This document shows, one piece after another, positions 47,201 to 60,514 of a stretch of DNA of 64,000 nucleotides (position 1 is its first letter; the number at the start of each line of letters is the position of its first letter). Below the pieces are notes generated by a model. The model saw only the letters and a list, made by a program, of their open reading frames with translations. It did not search any database and was not told where the DNA came from. Origin of the DNA: Adineta vaga (lineage: Eukaryota > Animalia > Rotifera); contig CP075495.1 in assembly GCA_021613535.1 (NCBI GenBank), positions 9,300,001 to 9,364,000 on the forward strand. The letters run 5' to 3'. Position numbers and translations under genes: made by a program.

Positions 47201-50167
47201 ACAACTTGGTTGGCTTTATTTCTATGGTCCTATAGCGAATAATTTCAATACAGAAAATATAAGTATTGAACGAGAAAATCAAATCAAAGAAGCAATTAGA
47301 AAATTAGAACAAGCCTGTGAATGTGATCCAACATGTGGAATAACCTATTATTATTTAGGAAGATGTTATGCAGCATTAAGAAAACATACAGAAGCTTTTT
47401 ATACATATCGAAATTGTGTAGATAAATTAGATCAAAATGCAGATATCTGGTGTTCTATTGGGTAAGATAGATTTTCTTAAATAAATCTTAGAGATAGAAG
47501 AGTTTATTAATTTATAGAGTTTTGTATCAACATCAAAATCAAACAATGGATGCATTACAAGCATTTGTGTGTGCTATACAAATTGATAATAAACATGCAA
47601 CAGCATGGATGGATTTAGGAATTTTATATGAAACAAGTGGACAAGCACAAGATGCACTTTTTTGTTATAAAAAAGCTATTTTAGATAAAGATGGTAAAAA
47701 TCTTTCTTGATTACATGACTTGTTCTTTATGGAGTACTATATATTTTATAGAATCATGGAATCCAGAATTAATCAATCGTATCAATCAACTTCAATCTTG
47801 CCTTGCTCAAATACCTGAAGGTGCCATTGGAAAACAGTAAGTGATTTATTGATAGATCGTTACATGTTTTCCTCTTTTTCATTTTCAAATACTTTATAGA
47901 CCTCGTGGTCCATTACCTAAAGTTGAAGAAGCTTTTACATTACCTATTCCAGTTGAATTAACAGCAAAGCAACAACAAATAGCAACTGCTTCATCAACGA
48001 ATACTTCTCTTCCAACATCGTCTGGAGCAAACATATCTAATCAACAATATCTATCAGCAGCAGCAACAGTGGCAGCAACAGTGAAACACCAAGTGCTTCT
48101 CTTCCCCCACCACCGCCTCCTCCTCCTCTTCTTCCTCCTCCTCCAACATCCACTCTGACTTGTATATTTTAATTAAATTTTTATATTCTTGCATTAATTC
48201 TTTCATCTTCTTATTTCTAGTTAATTCAAAACCACCTATTGATGTCATACGTATTGATAAACGTTTGCTAACAAGTGATCAATCATTGAAATCGAAACGT
48301 ATTAAAATCGAACCAATTTTATCTTTTACAAGCACTACAAGTTCAAATGATTTACAAAAAATCATCAAACATTCATCATCACCTCTTCCACCATTACCTG
48401 TTTCATATTTACCCGATGGTCATGTACCGACACCACCACAAGCTCTAAAAGCAACTACTTCACTTGATCTCAATCCAAGTACACCAAGTGTAATCTTAGA
48501 AACACGACGTGAAGCGACTTCTACACAACTACAACAATATTGTTTATCTCAACCAATTTGTATTGTACGTGGATTATCGAATGTATTGAAACTTGATTTA
48601 GGTTTATTTTCAACAAAAACACTTGTGGAAAGTCAACCTGATCATCCAATTGAAGTACGTTCTCAACGACAACAAGCTATTGATGAAAATTTTGATTTTA
48701 CATCAATGACAATACCATTTAAAAATGTTTGGAAATATCAATCAACACGTTCATATACAACTATAGCTAAATATGCTCAATATCAAGCATATTCGTATCA
48801 TGATATGGTTAAAGATGAATTGAATGATATTAATATTTCATCTCTAAATACCAATAGTGGATTGACAACAAATTCCAATATGATTATGACTAATGGTACA
48901 TCGAAAAAAATTACAAATAAATTATCAAGTTAGTTTTAAATATTTCATAATAAGCTTTTTCTTATTTACTTTCATTTTTAGCTAATAATTCTTCTATATC
49001 AGCAATTCGTACAATTAAATCGGGAACAAATGTTGATTTGTCTGATGAACGTAAATGGGCAGCTCAATTATCTGAACTAACAAAACTACCATTATTTATG
49101 CGAGTTGTCTCTGCTGGTAACCTTCTCTCACATGTTGGCTATACTATCTTAGGAATGAATAGTGTACAATTATATATGAAAGTACCTGGATCGCGCGCAC
49201 CGGGTCATCAAGAAAATAATTGTTTTTGTGCTATTAATATTAATATTGGTCCTGGAGATTGTGAATGGTTTGCTGTAGCTAATGAATATTGGGGCGTTAT
49301 TTATACATTATGTGAAAAGAATGGTGTTGATTTTCTAACAGGATCATGGTGGCCTATATTAGATGATTTGTATGATGCTCAAGTACCTGTTTATCGTTTT
49401 GTACAAAAACCTGGAGATCTTGTTTTTATTAATTCAGGGTAAGATTTCTTCTAATACTAAACTACACTCGAAATAAAATAGTCTAGAAAAGTTACAACTA
49501 AAGATATACTGTAGAATTGATCTATTAAGTGTAAGAATAAAACCAATGTCTTATTCAATATTCATTTTTCTATAGATGCATCTATTGGTTACAATCAATT
49601 GGTTGGTGTAATAATATTTCTTGGAATGTTGGTCCATTAATTTACAGTCAATATTATGCCGCTATTGAACGTTATGAATGGAATCGTTTATGTACATGTA
49701 AATCAATTGTACCAATGGTTCATTTAACATGGAATATAGCACGAAATATTCGTATCAATGATCGTCCTCTATTTGAATTAATTAAATTTATATTACATCA
49801 ATCCTTAAAATATATTCAATTGACATTATCTTATTTAGAACAACAATTTGGTCGTGGTGTTGATGTTCGAAAACAGTTACGAACACTACATGAACCTGCT
49901 CATTATTGTATAACATGTGATTGTGAAGTATTTAATATATTATTTATAACAGAATTAGATCGTAAACATGTTGTACGTTGTGTGGATTGTGCTTTACAAT
50001 ATGATAAACAATTAGAAAATGTCGTTGTCTTATATCAGTATACATTAGAGGATCTTAAAACCGTTTATGATCAATTTCAATTATATCTTCTTCCAACATT
50101 AAATACAACAACAACAACAACAACAGGACTAACAACAACCACAACACGATCAATAACCAATACGTGA
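44224..50167 (+). CDS. utx: UTX/KDM6-like protein (TPR repeats + JmjC + Zn-binding domain) with substituted catalytic residues
   Basis: N-terminal DSLLYGLI; TPRs ([39 protein letters not shown]); [14 protein letters not shown]; [23 protein letters not shown]; [12 protein letters not shown]; Zn domain C..C...C..C. Apparent frameshift within 48038-48158. Confidence 0.93.
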
Positions 50168-51794
50168 TATTTCTTTCTCTCTCCCTCTCTCTCTCTGTCT
50201 GTCTGTCTGTCTGCATTTCGTTTTTCCTGTCTGTGTTATTTATTATATTCTACTGTTCGTGTTTTTTTTGTTTGTTTGTTTGTTCGATTATTGTCTCTTG
50301 CACATACATACACACACACACACAAACATAAACAGACTAGAGAAAAAAATATACATATATATACATATATATACATAGCAATTGTGTTGTATTCTCGATT
50401 TTAACGAGATATTGTTGTTTGTTTTGTATAAATATAACTCTTTTGATAAATATATAAGTTTTCTGTCTGTATAGATATTCGTTCATCATTGACAAATTCA
50501 AATGATGAAATTTGATTGAAATAAATATATCATTCAGGGTTGCATTCATTCCTTTCGACTATTGAGTTATTAGCTGGTAAAATTATCGAATTAGAGGCTT
50601 ATCTGATGAAATTAAATAGAACAAGTTCAGTGAGCATCTCAATTATGGTTCGACGAAAAAAAAGCCAAAAGAAGAAAAAAGTGATTTGTATGACCCTATT
50701 TTAAATATATACATATACATATACATATATAGAGTGAACCTTCTAGCGATCAAAGGTTGCTCTCTCTTTTTCATTTCGTATCTGTACGTGAGTATATACA
50801 TACATACATATATATGTCTGAGTCTCAAAGTCGATTATGATAGCGAAGAAAAAAAAATGAGAAAGAAAGAGAGAAAAAAATCACTTCATGATATACGTTG
50901 TTTTCTATTATGTATAACTATTATTATAGACTGAAGGTTTACTTAATAGGTAAAACATAATTATCGTCTTCTTTGATTATTCATCACCATTACTATCGCC
51001 CGTTTTCTTTTTATTTGATATTTATTACTATTCATATTCTTTGCTCTCTTTGACCTTTCTCTCTCTATCTTTCTTTTACTTGATGTTATGAGTGTTCGTC
51101 TTCATTTAGTCATTACTATTATGATTCTTTCGTCGATTTTCAATGATTTATTAGAAGACAAATATCTAATAGAAATGCCATTTTAATTGTTACTTTGTTT
51201 TTTTTGTTGGCCTTCATTCTCTCCCGCTCCCTCGTTTTCTTTTGATTTCTATTATGTATTGTTATCTTTTGTAGAGATTCATAATAGAACAAATTAGGTT
51301 TTTGATTCTTTTCTTATCAAAATTGTATCTGATCTTATTCAATATTATCATAATCTATTTATGGAACGAGACAAGCAAAACCTTTGAGATCTTCACACGT
51401 TTATATTTTCTGTCATTTTCTGCTTCTATCGTCTACAACTACAAATGAAACTTTACACATTATAGAAGGCAACAGGAAACAGAAGACACAACAACGGCCT
51501 ACACAAGAGAGAAGAAAGAAGAGAGAAGAGAAGAAAGAGAAAGCAAGAAAAGAGCGAACGAACAATCGACTCAATCGATAGAGTACGAGAGCAAAAAGCA
51601 GGTCATCTCTTTCCCTAGTGTTTTAACTCGGTTGTCATCAATTTCAACTCGTGTACTTTGCTGTCTGTGTTAGTCACCATACGTTTTACTACTTGTCTTT
51701 TACATATGCGAACATCTATGGCATTCAAAAATATTAATTAATCAACAGTTATCATATAGACGTTCAAGAAGAAGAAAAAAAAGGATCTATTTCA

Positions 51795-54700
51795 ATGGGA
51801 AGAAAATCTGATCTTACTAATGAAGATGATGAAGAAGTTGCTCATCAATCACCGTCCGGTCTAGTACGATTGACAACAAATACTACGAAACCTGAATTAC
51901 AGCATAATCATCATCATCATCATCACCACCATCATCGAACTTGTGATGAGAACCGATTACATGATGATGGCAACGATTTATTAATTCATGATACAATATT
52001 ACCACATCGAAAACGTGTTCGAAAAGATACATTACAATATCTTCAACCTCAACAATCGACAACATCTTCAGAAATATTAGATGTAAGTTTATTTCATTTT
52101 TATTTATTCGTTTACATGTTAAAAAATTCAATTAGCTCTATTGAGAGAAGAAAAAAAAAGTCTTTCAGAATTGTTGATCGCTTTTTCCCCCCATTTCTTG
52201 CCAATTTCCTTCTAACACGCTTGTAAGGTTAACCTTGAACGCATGTAGTATGTGACAGTAATGTCTCGAGAGGAAGTATGAGTATGTAGAATCAGAGGAA
52301 AAAAAGGAATAAAATGGCAAGGACGATAGACGAGATGTGAGGGCGACGGCCTTCGACAGTGAAGGTCGACAAAACATTGACGGCGACCTTGTTGCAACAA
52401 CTATTACGTCTGACTCATGTCATATGGATTATATAGAAAATGAGAAGAAGAAAAAAACCGAAAGAATATTGTGTCGAAGGTGAACAACTCTATTTCTAAT
52501 ATACAATACAGGTGAATATTCTTTGCTATACGAACGAAAAAAGAAAGCGACGAATCTGTTCGCCGACTGACGAAGGACTTGACAGTAAATAAACATAATC
52601 GATAATGATTTTCTCCTTGAAAATATCTTCTGAATAGTGATATTATTCTCAATAATACGAAACGATTCTATTAATCGAATGTCACAAAAACAGATTTTCT
52701 TTCAAGGTTTCTTGTTCTATTGATAAATATGAAGAATAACAAAATTTGACTTTGAAGTTAACTTCGAACAAAAAGGAGAGATAATACTTTGATGTTAGAG
52801 TGCAATCAGTCCAAAATATTATTGTATACCTACGTCAATAAAGATTTTTATTTGTTAATACAGTAAAACGATGACCTACAAGAAATCATAGAAATTGTTA
52901 CCTGTACATGTACAATTGAAATTTCATACTGAAGAACATGTTCTTCCTTCTCCTTTTTATTTGACATGCTGGAAAATTGAACTTTCAGAACGAATATAAA
53001 TATATATATTGTAATGATTCGTTTGATGATTATAGGATGAAAATAGTCATCGTCATAATTCAAACAATGGTGAAATTGATACATTATGTTCAACAGATGC
53101 GGTTAAAATACCTACATTTTATCAACAAAATCAATTAGCAGCTGCAGCTAATGGTCTTCTAAGTCTTTCGAGTTAGTTGAAAATTTCGAAATCAAAACAA
53201 AAAAAAGCATTTTATTTTTCTCGTCCACAGATTCTCTATTAATTAATAACGAAGATAATCACAATGAATGCCAGTCAAATTCAATAATAAACGATGGAAC
53301 AGCGAATGGAACTATGTCTTTAATATGCGGCGTTTGTCAAGATCGAGCATCAGGAAAGCATTATGGTGTCTTGTCATGTGAAGTAATATACAAAAATCAA
53401 TCTAATTTGTAAAATTTTCAAAATTCTATTTGATTTAGGGTTGTAAAGGATTTTTTAAACGAAGTATCCGTAAACAAGTATTATACACATGTCTTGGAAC
53501 GAAAGAATGTCCAATAAATAAATTTATGCGAAATAGGTAGATTAAGCAATGAAAGTGATTTTGAAATTTTACTTTTTCAATTCAAATTTAGATGTCAATA
53601 TTGTCGATTACAAAAATGCCTTCAAGTTGGAATGCGTATTGAAGCTGTTCAAAATGAACGACGACCTTCAACAACGAATACAAATAAACATGATCTAATG
53701 ATAAATAGTATTCATAATCAAAGATTACGAAAACAAAATGATCCATCATCACTGACTACAGTAAAAATAAAGTCGAATTTAATCTTTCATTTCTATTTGT
53801 TTTCAGTTAATTACTTCATCTTCGAATGGAATCTATCCTTTAACGTCATTATTAGCTAATTTAACAAACAATCGAGATAATTCACTTCAAATGACCTCCA
53901 ATGATCACAAAAATCAACAACAACAACAACAACAACAACAACAAAGTACTCTTCATAGTATTCTTACATCTACATCACGAGTTAAATCGCCCCCATTATC
54001 ATCAGGTATCAATAATTCATAAACTTTTGTTCATAATCTTTCTATTGAAATGAATATTTTCAGCAACATTTCTCTCACCACCATCATCTTCATCGTCGTC
54101 GTCATCATCATCATCATCATCATCAAGTACAACAACTAGTCTTCGTATTGATTGTAATATCAAAACGGAAACAATGGATACAAGTACAACAAAAAATCAA
54201 AATCAACAACAAACATTAGCAATATCAAGAGCATTTGATAATTTAGCAAAAGCTGCATCACATGTACGATATCCTTAGTTTTGTTTATTGTTTCGAATCT
54301 AATATATATTTTTCAACATATAGTCTCGATCGAATAGTACACCTAATCCACTTTCTCTTGCCCAACAACAACATTTATTTACTGAAAAACGTTATTGGGA
54401 ACAAGTTGAACGTATACATTTTTTTTTATTTGGAATTTTTCTTCTAGTTCTCTTTCTTTTGTTTTATTCAGGTCCATTAGTTACTGATAAATCAAGTAAA
54501 TTTATAATAACACCTCCGACCAATCATGATTTTCAAGATGCTCAATTGTTATTACCAACAAATAGTTTTATATGTGAATCAGCATCACGAATTCTTTTTC
54601 AATCAATTGATTGGGTTAAAAACAATGCATGTTTTCAAACACTAGAGTAATCGATGTCTTTTTTTCGTACTTCAATGATAAATTTCAGGTTCCATTTTTT

Positions 54701-55490
54701 GTTGTTGTCTATAGATCACAAATACAAATTATTCTTTTACAAAGTCATTGGTTACCTTTATTCATTTTAAGTTTATTACAATGTTCATCAACGATTAATT
54801 TAACTAATATTCTCACGACTTTACTTGCTAGTAAATATCTTTATGATTTCATTTGATATTTCTAAATGAGTTTGTTTTAGAAAAATTAGTTAATAATGAA
54901 ACGAATAAATGGTTAGAATTACGTCGTATTCAATCACTTCTCTATGAATTCGATCGTTTACATATAACTGATATTGAATATGCATATTTAAAATTAATAT
55001 CCGTTTTAAATCCTAGTAATAATACCGGTACGTTAATTTTCTTTCTCATTTTATCGTAATATATATTCAATGTATTTAGAGTGTATTTCATCCTATGATC
55101 AAATTGATGCATATCAAACGTTAACATATAAAGAATTACGTGATCATATTAATGATCGAATTATTTCAACATCTTATGAAGAATATGGTGGTGATAGTGA
55201 ACGTTTAGGTCGACTTTTATTAAAATTACCATTATTAGCTGAACTTGATATTAGTATTATTGAAGAAATCTTCTTTGTCGGATTGATCGGTAAAACACTT
55301 TGATTATATATGTTTTTTTTATTATGTTTTTGTACGTTTAGGTTCAGTACAAATTCATAAAATCATTCCGTGTATTCTTAAAATGAGTGTTACATCATCA
55401 TCGTCGAAACAACTTCTATCATCACCATTAATTAAATGTGAAAAGAGTGAACAACCACCACAACAATCACTTGTCTCGTCATCATTGTAA
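51795..55490 (+). CDS. NR2C: Nuclear receptor NR2C (TR2/TR4; Hr78-like)
   Basis: [34 protein letters not shown]...[21 protein letters not shown]; [15 protein letters not shown] and [29 protein letters not shown] at 55488-55490. Confidence 0.9.
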
Positions 55491-56940
55491 AGAAACAAAT
55501 TTACTATCCGGTGTTCACACTGTTCTTTCTAAATTCTTTTCTTGTTTCTATGACTATCTTCTCAAAATTTGTGTGCGTGCATGTGTGTGTGTGTTTATCC
55601 CTGTATTTATTATTATAGTTTATTTTTTTTTAATGATGTCTTTTTGCCTTTTGTTTTCTCGTTTTTTTTTCAAATGGCTGACCGGTGCAGTCATTGCGCG
55701 TGTATGTGTGTGCGTGTGTGTGCTTTTATTGTTGTCAGTAACACACGATTGAGGAACTATATCTCAGGCAATTAATGAACCTCATCAAATTATATTTGAT
55801 AATTCTGATTTCAGTATAATAGATTGCTAATTATTAGAAAAGATTCGACTTATTTATATAAGAATTTGAATCAAAGAGAGAAAACGTCGATACTGTTTTT
55901 TTCTGATCTTGTAAAAAACGATGATATTTAAATGCATAGTAATTGCGACAATCAGACGAACAAGGATACAAAAAATTGAAGTGTTTTGTGATCGATAACA
56001 TGAGGTTGTCTTATTTAATCTCGGTAGAACTCTTTTTACTACAAGACTATTCGATATCAAAGACGAACACAAAATCATGCGATAAGAAGCCGTGAAAAAA
56101 AAACAATATGTTCAGAAATTGTCTTTGTTAATCACATATCAGATAGTATATAAACGATATTGATACCGATTATAATTATTGACAACGTTTTGCTTCACTT
56201 ATATCATGATATATTTCTAAGAAGCTAGACTTTCTGAAGGTCTACTCAATGTTTTCTTTATATACATATATGACAGGCTTGATCTTCTATCGATTAAGAA
56301 CCCTGTTGTAAACAGGATTTTTGTTATTTTTAAATATCAATGACGTCAACAGCACATATGTCAGTTACATACGTTGTCTATCGTGAACCTTTATTTGTTC
56401 GAGATTCTAATAATATGCACTTTATTCATCTAGAAATAGATTTTAAGAAAATATGAACTTTGCATAGCGATCATCTTTCAAATTTGATCGGATTGTAAAT
56501 GATATTTTAATTAATGTTCTAATTCAGATATGAAATTTTGTCATTACCATTTTCTATCGATCAATTGTTTGAGTTTACTATAAAGTAAAACTCCTTTATG
56601 AAACATGGATTCTTCAAAAAAAAGATTTTCACTATCTAGAGAAGATCACAATGAGAGATTATTGATTATTTTGTTGACGGTTTTTTGTTCCGTGAAACGA
56701 ATGTCATTCACATACTTATCTGGACTAGTCAGATGTAAAGAAATTAGATATCATGTTTCCGACATAGGATAATGTTATTACCTATGACTATGCATACTTT
56801 CAAATAACTTTAGACGAATAGAAACCAGGTGTATTTTTGCGAATCATCAGAATTTTTACATTCAAAATGACAAAAGCAGATGAAATAGTCACATATAAAT
56901 AAGTAATAGTTCGCTCATTTTTCTATACAATATACTTATA

Positions 56941-57939
56941 ATGCAGTATAGTATTGTTGGTTTAATATTTTTGGTAAATTTTCAACTGTGGTCATTTCTA
57001 TGTGCTCTTTACGTACTTTTTCATTGCATTAAAAATAAGAATATATTACGATGTTTACCAAATCATATAATTATTTGTCTGTTGGCTGTTTCGACTTGGA
57101 TGATCAGCTTGGATTTAGTTAGTACAGAATTTGTTTATTGGAATGATTTTGTTCCTATTCAAACACAAGCAGCATGTCGTTTTTATAATATTTCATTCTT
57201 TAGTGTAGCAACACTCAACCGAATGTTCATGGCATTCATGTCTATTGAACGACATTTTCTCGTCTTTCGTCATCAAATCTATCGAAGACGTCGTTTAAAA
57301 TATATTCTTCATTATTTTCCAATTCTATTACTTGTTTTATGGTCATTTACATATTCAATTGTTACCGATGTCTTTCTAACATGTCCACAGCAACGTTTTC
57401 GTTATACACGTTTTCTCTGTGGTTATACATGTTCTTTACTAATGAAACAAGCATCACTAATTTACATATGGGTTCAAGTATTTTTTCCAACTCTTGTAAC
57501 AACCGTAGCATGTATACTTCTACCAATTAGATTTATGTTTCAAAAGAAAACTTTACAGCGTTTACAATGGCGTCGAGCTCGAAAGATGATTATACAAATG
57601 ACTGTTATTGCCATAACATATACTATATCTTGGATACCTTATACAGTAATTATTCATTTAGCTTCAGCTGAGTTACTTTCTCTCGGTAGTGATCCTATTG
57701 CATCATTTATGATTTTTCTTCCTTATATTCCATCATTATTAACACCATTTATTTGTCTTTATACAATATCAGAAAGATTAAAATTTAATACAATGAAACA
57801 AATAATATATTTTTGTTTTCCACATCGAAAAAATGTTGTTCACGTACGAACAACAGTAATTATACCAAATCAAAATCATACAGCAAATCTTGCGAATACG
57901 AATCTAGTAAACAAACGCCCTACATTAACCAAAAGTTAA
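56941..57939 (+). CDS. Intronless divergent rhodopsin-like GPCR
   Basis: 332 aa with seven hydrophobic segments, TM3 MSIERH, extracellular Cys residues, TM6 SWIPY and TM7 LTPFICL. Confidence 0.85.
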   Translation: MQYSIVGLIFLVNFQLWSFLCALYVLFHCIKNKNILRCLPNHIIICLLAVSTWMISLDLVSTEFVYWNDFVPIQTQAACRFYNISFFSVATLNRMFMAFMSIERHFLVFRHQIYRRRRLKYILHYFPILLLVLWSFTYSIVTDVFLTCPQQRFRYTRFLCGYTCSLLMKQASLIYIWVQVFFPTLVTTVACILLPIRFMFQKKTLQRLQWRRARKMIIQMTVIAITYTISWIPYTVIIHLASAELLSLGSDPIASFMIFLPYIPSLLTPFICLYTISERLKFNTMKQIIYFCFPHRKNVVHVRTTVIIPNQNHTANLANTNLVNKRPTLTKS

Positions 57940-59049
57940 TCTTTCTGTTTCTTCTTCTCATTTTAAAATTGCTTTGTACATATAATCAATTACTATTTGT
58001 AGTTAATCAAAAAAATAAAGAAATTGATGTTATGTTAAATTAGATGCCTGTTTCGAAGGAATACTTTTCTCGCTATGAGAATGTGATCGCAGTCTGTATC
58101 TGACAGGAGAGTATTTGATAACATTATGATAATGATTTTTTCAAGGAAAATTGAATTTCAATTTTTGCTCTTGACATATCTGATGATTAGACACGATTAG
58201 TTTCATATTGATTGTCGATTTCATCTAATCAATGGAAAAGCTTGATATGCCCTGAAGTTGATACACTCATCATATTTACTTTCTTATCATTTATCTCTTC
58301 TTATACACACATCTATTGTATACACAGTCATTGTATACAATGAGTGATTGATGATAGTCTGATGTTTATGTATGTTTTTAGCGTTCGTCTTAACACATTT
58401 TTCTATCTTATACATTTATATCTAATCAAACGTTCTGATGGTCTGTAAAATCGTATATTTAATATAAATGAGAGCAAGAAATTCCGGATATTGTTAATCG
58501 ATAATCTTTTCCTTTTCAAAGCACTTAATAAAATAAAGTTTATATATGAATGTAAAATGACAAAAGGAATATTGATTCAATTATCAAGATTGATGATATT
58601 CATCAACTAATCTTATGTATATTTTTCTTTATTCAAAAATGTTTATAAAAAGAAAGAAACTGCCTGAGGAATAATTAGCAATTGAAGAGAAGTATTGTCT
58701 ATACTCTATCGATCATTGAATGCACCAATAATATCAACAACGGCTAACATCGTTGACTTTCTTAGACATAGATTTCAAATATATATATCTGCCGTTGCTA
58801 CTAACGACTTTCTCTCTTTCCTTCGTCCGCTGTTTCTCTTTCTTTTCGTACTAGAAGAAGAGCAGAGAATTCGCTAGTCGGTCATTCTAAACAAAGCTGA
58901 ATTTTCCTCTTCTCTCTTCTCTTCACGTTCTCTCGTTTTCTTTCTTTCGTGTCCGATTCATTGTATTGGAAAGAAGAGCAAACAACGGTCGTCATTTCAT
59001 TTCTTCTCTATTCATTTGAAATCATTCTTCTTTCTTCAAATATCAACTA

Positions 59050-59707
59050 ATGGCAGCACCAACTGGACCTACATTTTACAGTTCTACTGTCAATCGTATG
59101 TATTCTTAGTTATTTTTTTCGTCTTGATATTTTCTAAATTGACCAAACAAACTATTTCTATTAGGAATGGGTGATTCTAATATACCTGGTCAAGTCATAA
59201 ATACTAAGGTTTCAATGGGAACACCATGTCCAATTATGTTCTCTTATGTTCATGGAGTTGGATGGAATGCCGTGGTATGTAACGATAAAATTGTATTATT
59301 GAATTCGAAACTGAATTGTTTGCTATTTTTCCTAATAGCTTGTGGGTTTATTATCTTGTATACTTGCACTAGTTTTTCTTCTTACATGCCTTTATTATGT
59401 GGCTTTTCGTCGTCGTTATAAGAAGGATATTTTCGATAATTCTGCACCAGTTGTAATTGTTGATAAAGCAGCAGCTGCATCAATTCCAGTAACATGTGCA
59501 TCGCAAACGATGTCAACAACGTTCATCAATGAACCAGGTAAAGAAACAAAGATTAACACCTATTCAGAACAAGCAAGTGGACCTATGCCTGCTGGAGATT
59601 TCGTTGTTGGTATGCCTGCAGTTGGCAATGGACATACCAACGGACTTTTGGCTAATGGTAATACTGATGCAAGTGAACTTCGTTTACTTCAACATGAACA
59701 TCATTAA
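59050..59707 (+). CDS. Small single-pass membrane protein of unknown function
   Basis: Three exons (about 59050-59095, 59165-59274, 59339-59707) splice in frame. TM AVLVGLLSCILALVFLLTCLYYVAF is followed by RRRYKK. No signal peptide. Confidence 0.7.
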
Positions 59708-60514
59708 AAACGTCATCGAATCAAAGTATTTACACATTTAGGCAGTCTTTTTTTTCTTGGTATTGTTATTGTTGTTTATGTTTTGTGTATCTGTTACGTT
59801 TGTTCAAATAATGAATGAATACATCAAATAATTCTCTTTATTTCTCTTTATATGTGCGTGTGTATCTGTAATCGAATATTTGTGCTTTTCTGTTATGTGT
59901 TTATCTGAAAAGAATAAAACGAAATCTATCATTATTTCAGAAACTTGAACACTTACTCAAGATAATGATAAACATTTTCATGAAGGAAGCACAATGTTTA
60001 ATTGTCTTTTGATAGTTTTTGTTTAGCATTATGATTACAAAAAGATGTATTTCAGTAAATTTAAAGAACACGATGGACTATTTTAAATATCATCCTTTTC
60101 CCATCAAATAAGAGAAGCACAATTTTTCTATGCGTATTGTACAGTTGAAATTAGATAAAAAAAAACCAAACTTGTGATTATATTGTACGATCAGAATATG
60201 AATGTAATACAAAATAATTGATAAAAATTATACGCCCTGTCAAACAAGATTTGACAGAAAAACAAATGTTATATCATACAATACCTGCGTATACTTTGGT
60301 GTCTGTCGAGAACGAGAAAGGTTATCGTTTCACATGTTTATGTTTAGATATCGTTCTACTCGATTGATTCTTCGAACGCATTCTCAGCGTACTTTTCGTT
60401 TGCCGAATGTATCCAATATAATTATCGCATTCTTCTTTTTTTACTTCATTTTGTTTGGTTTCGAAACGGTAACACATAAATATTATTCGGAAATATACGA
60501 CGAAATAAAACAAA

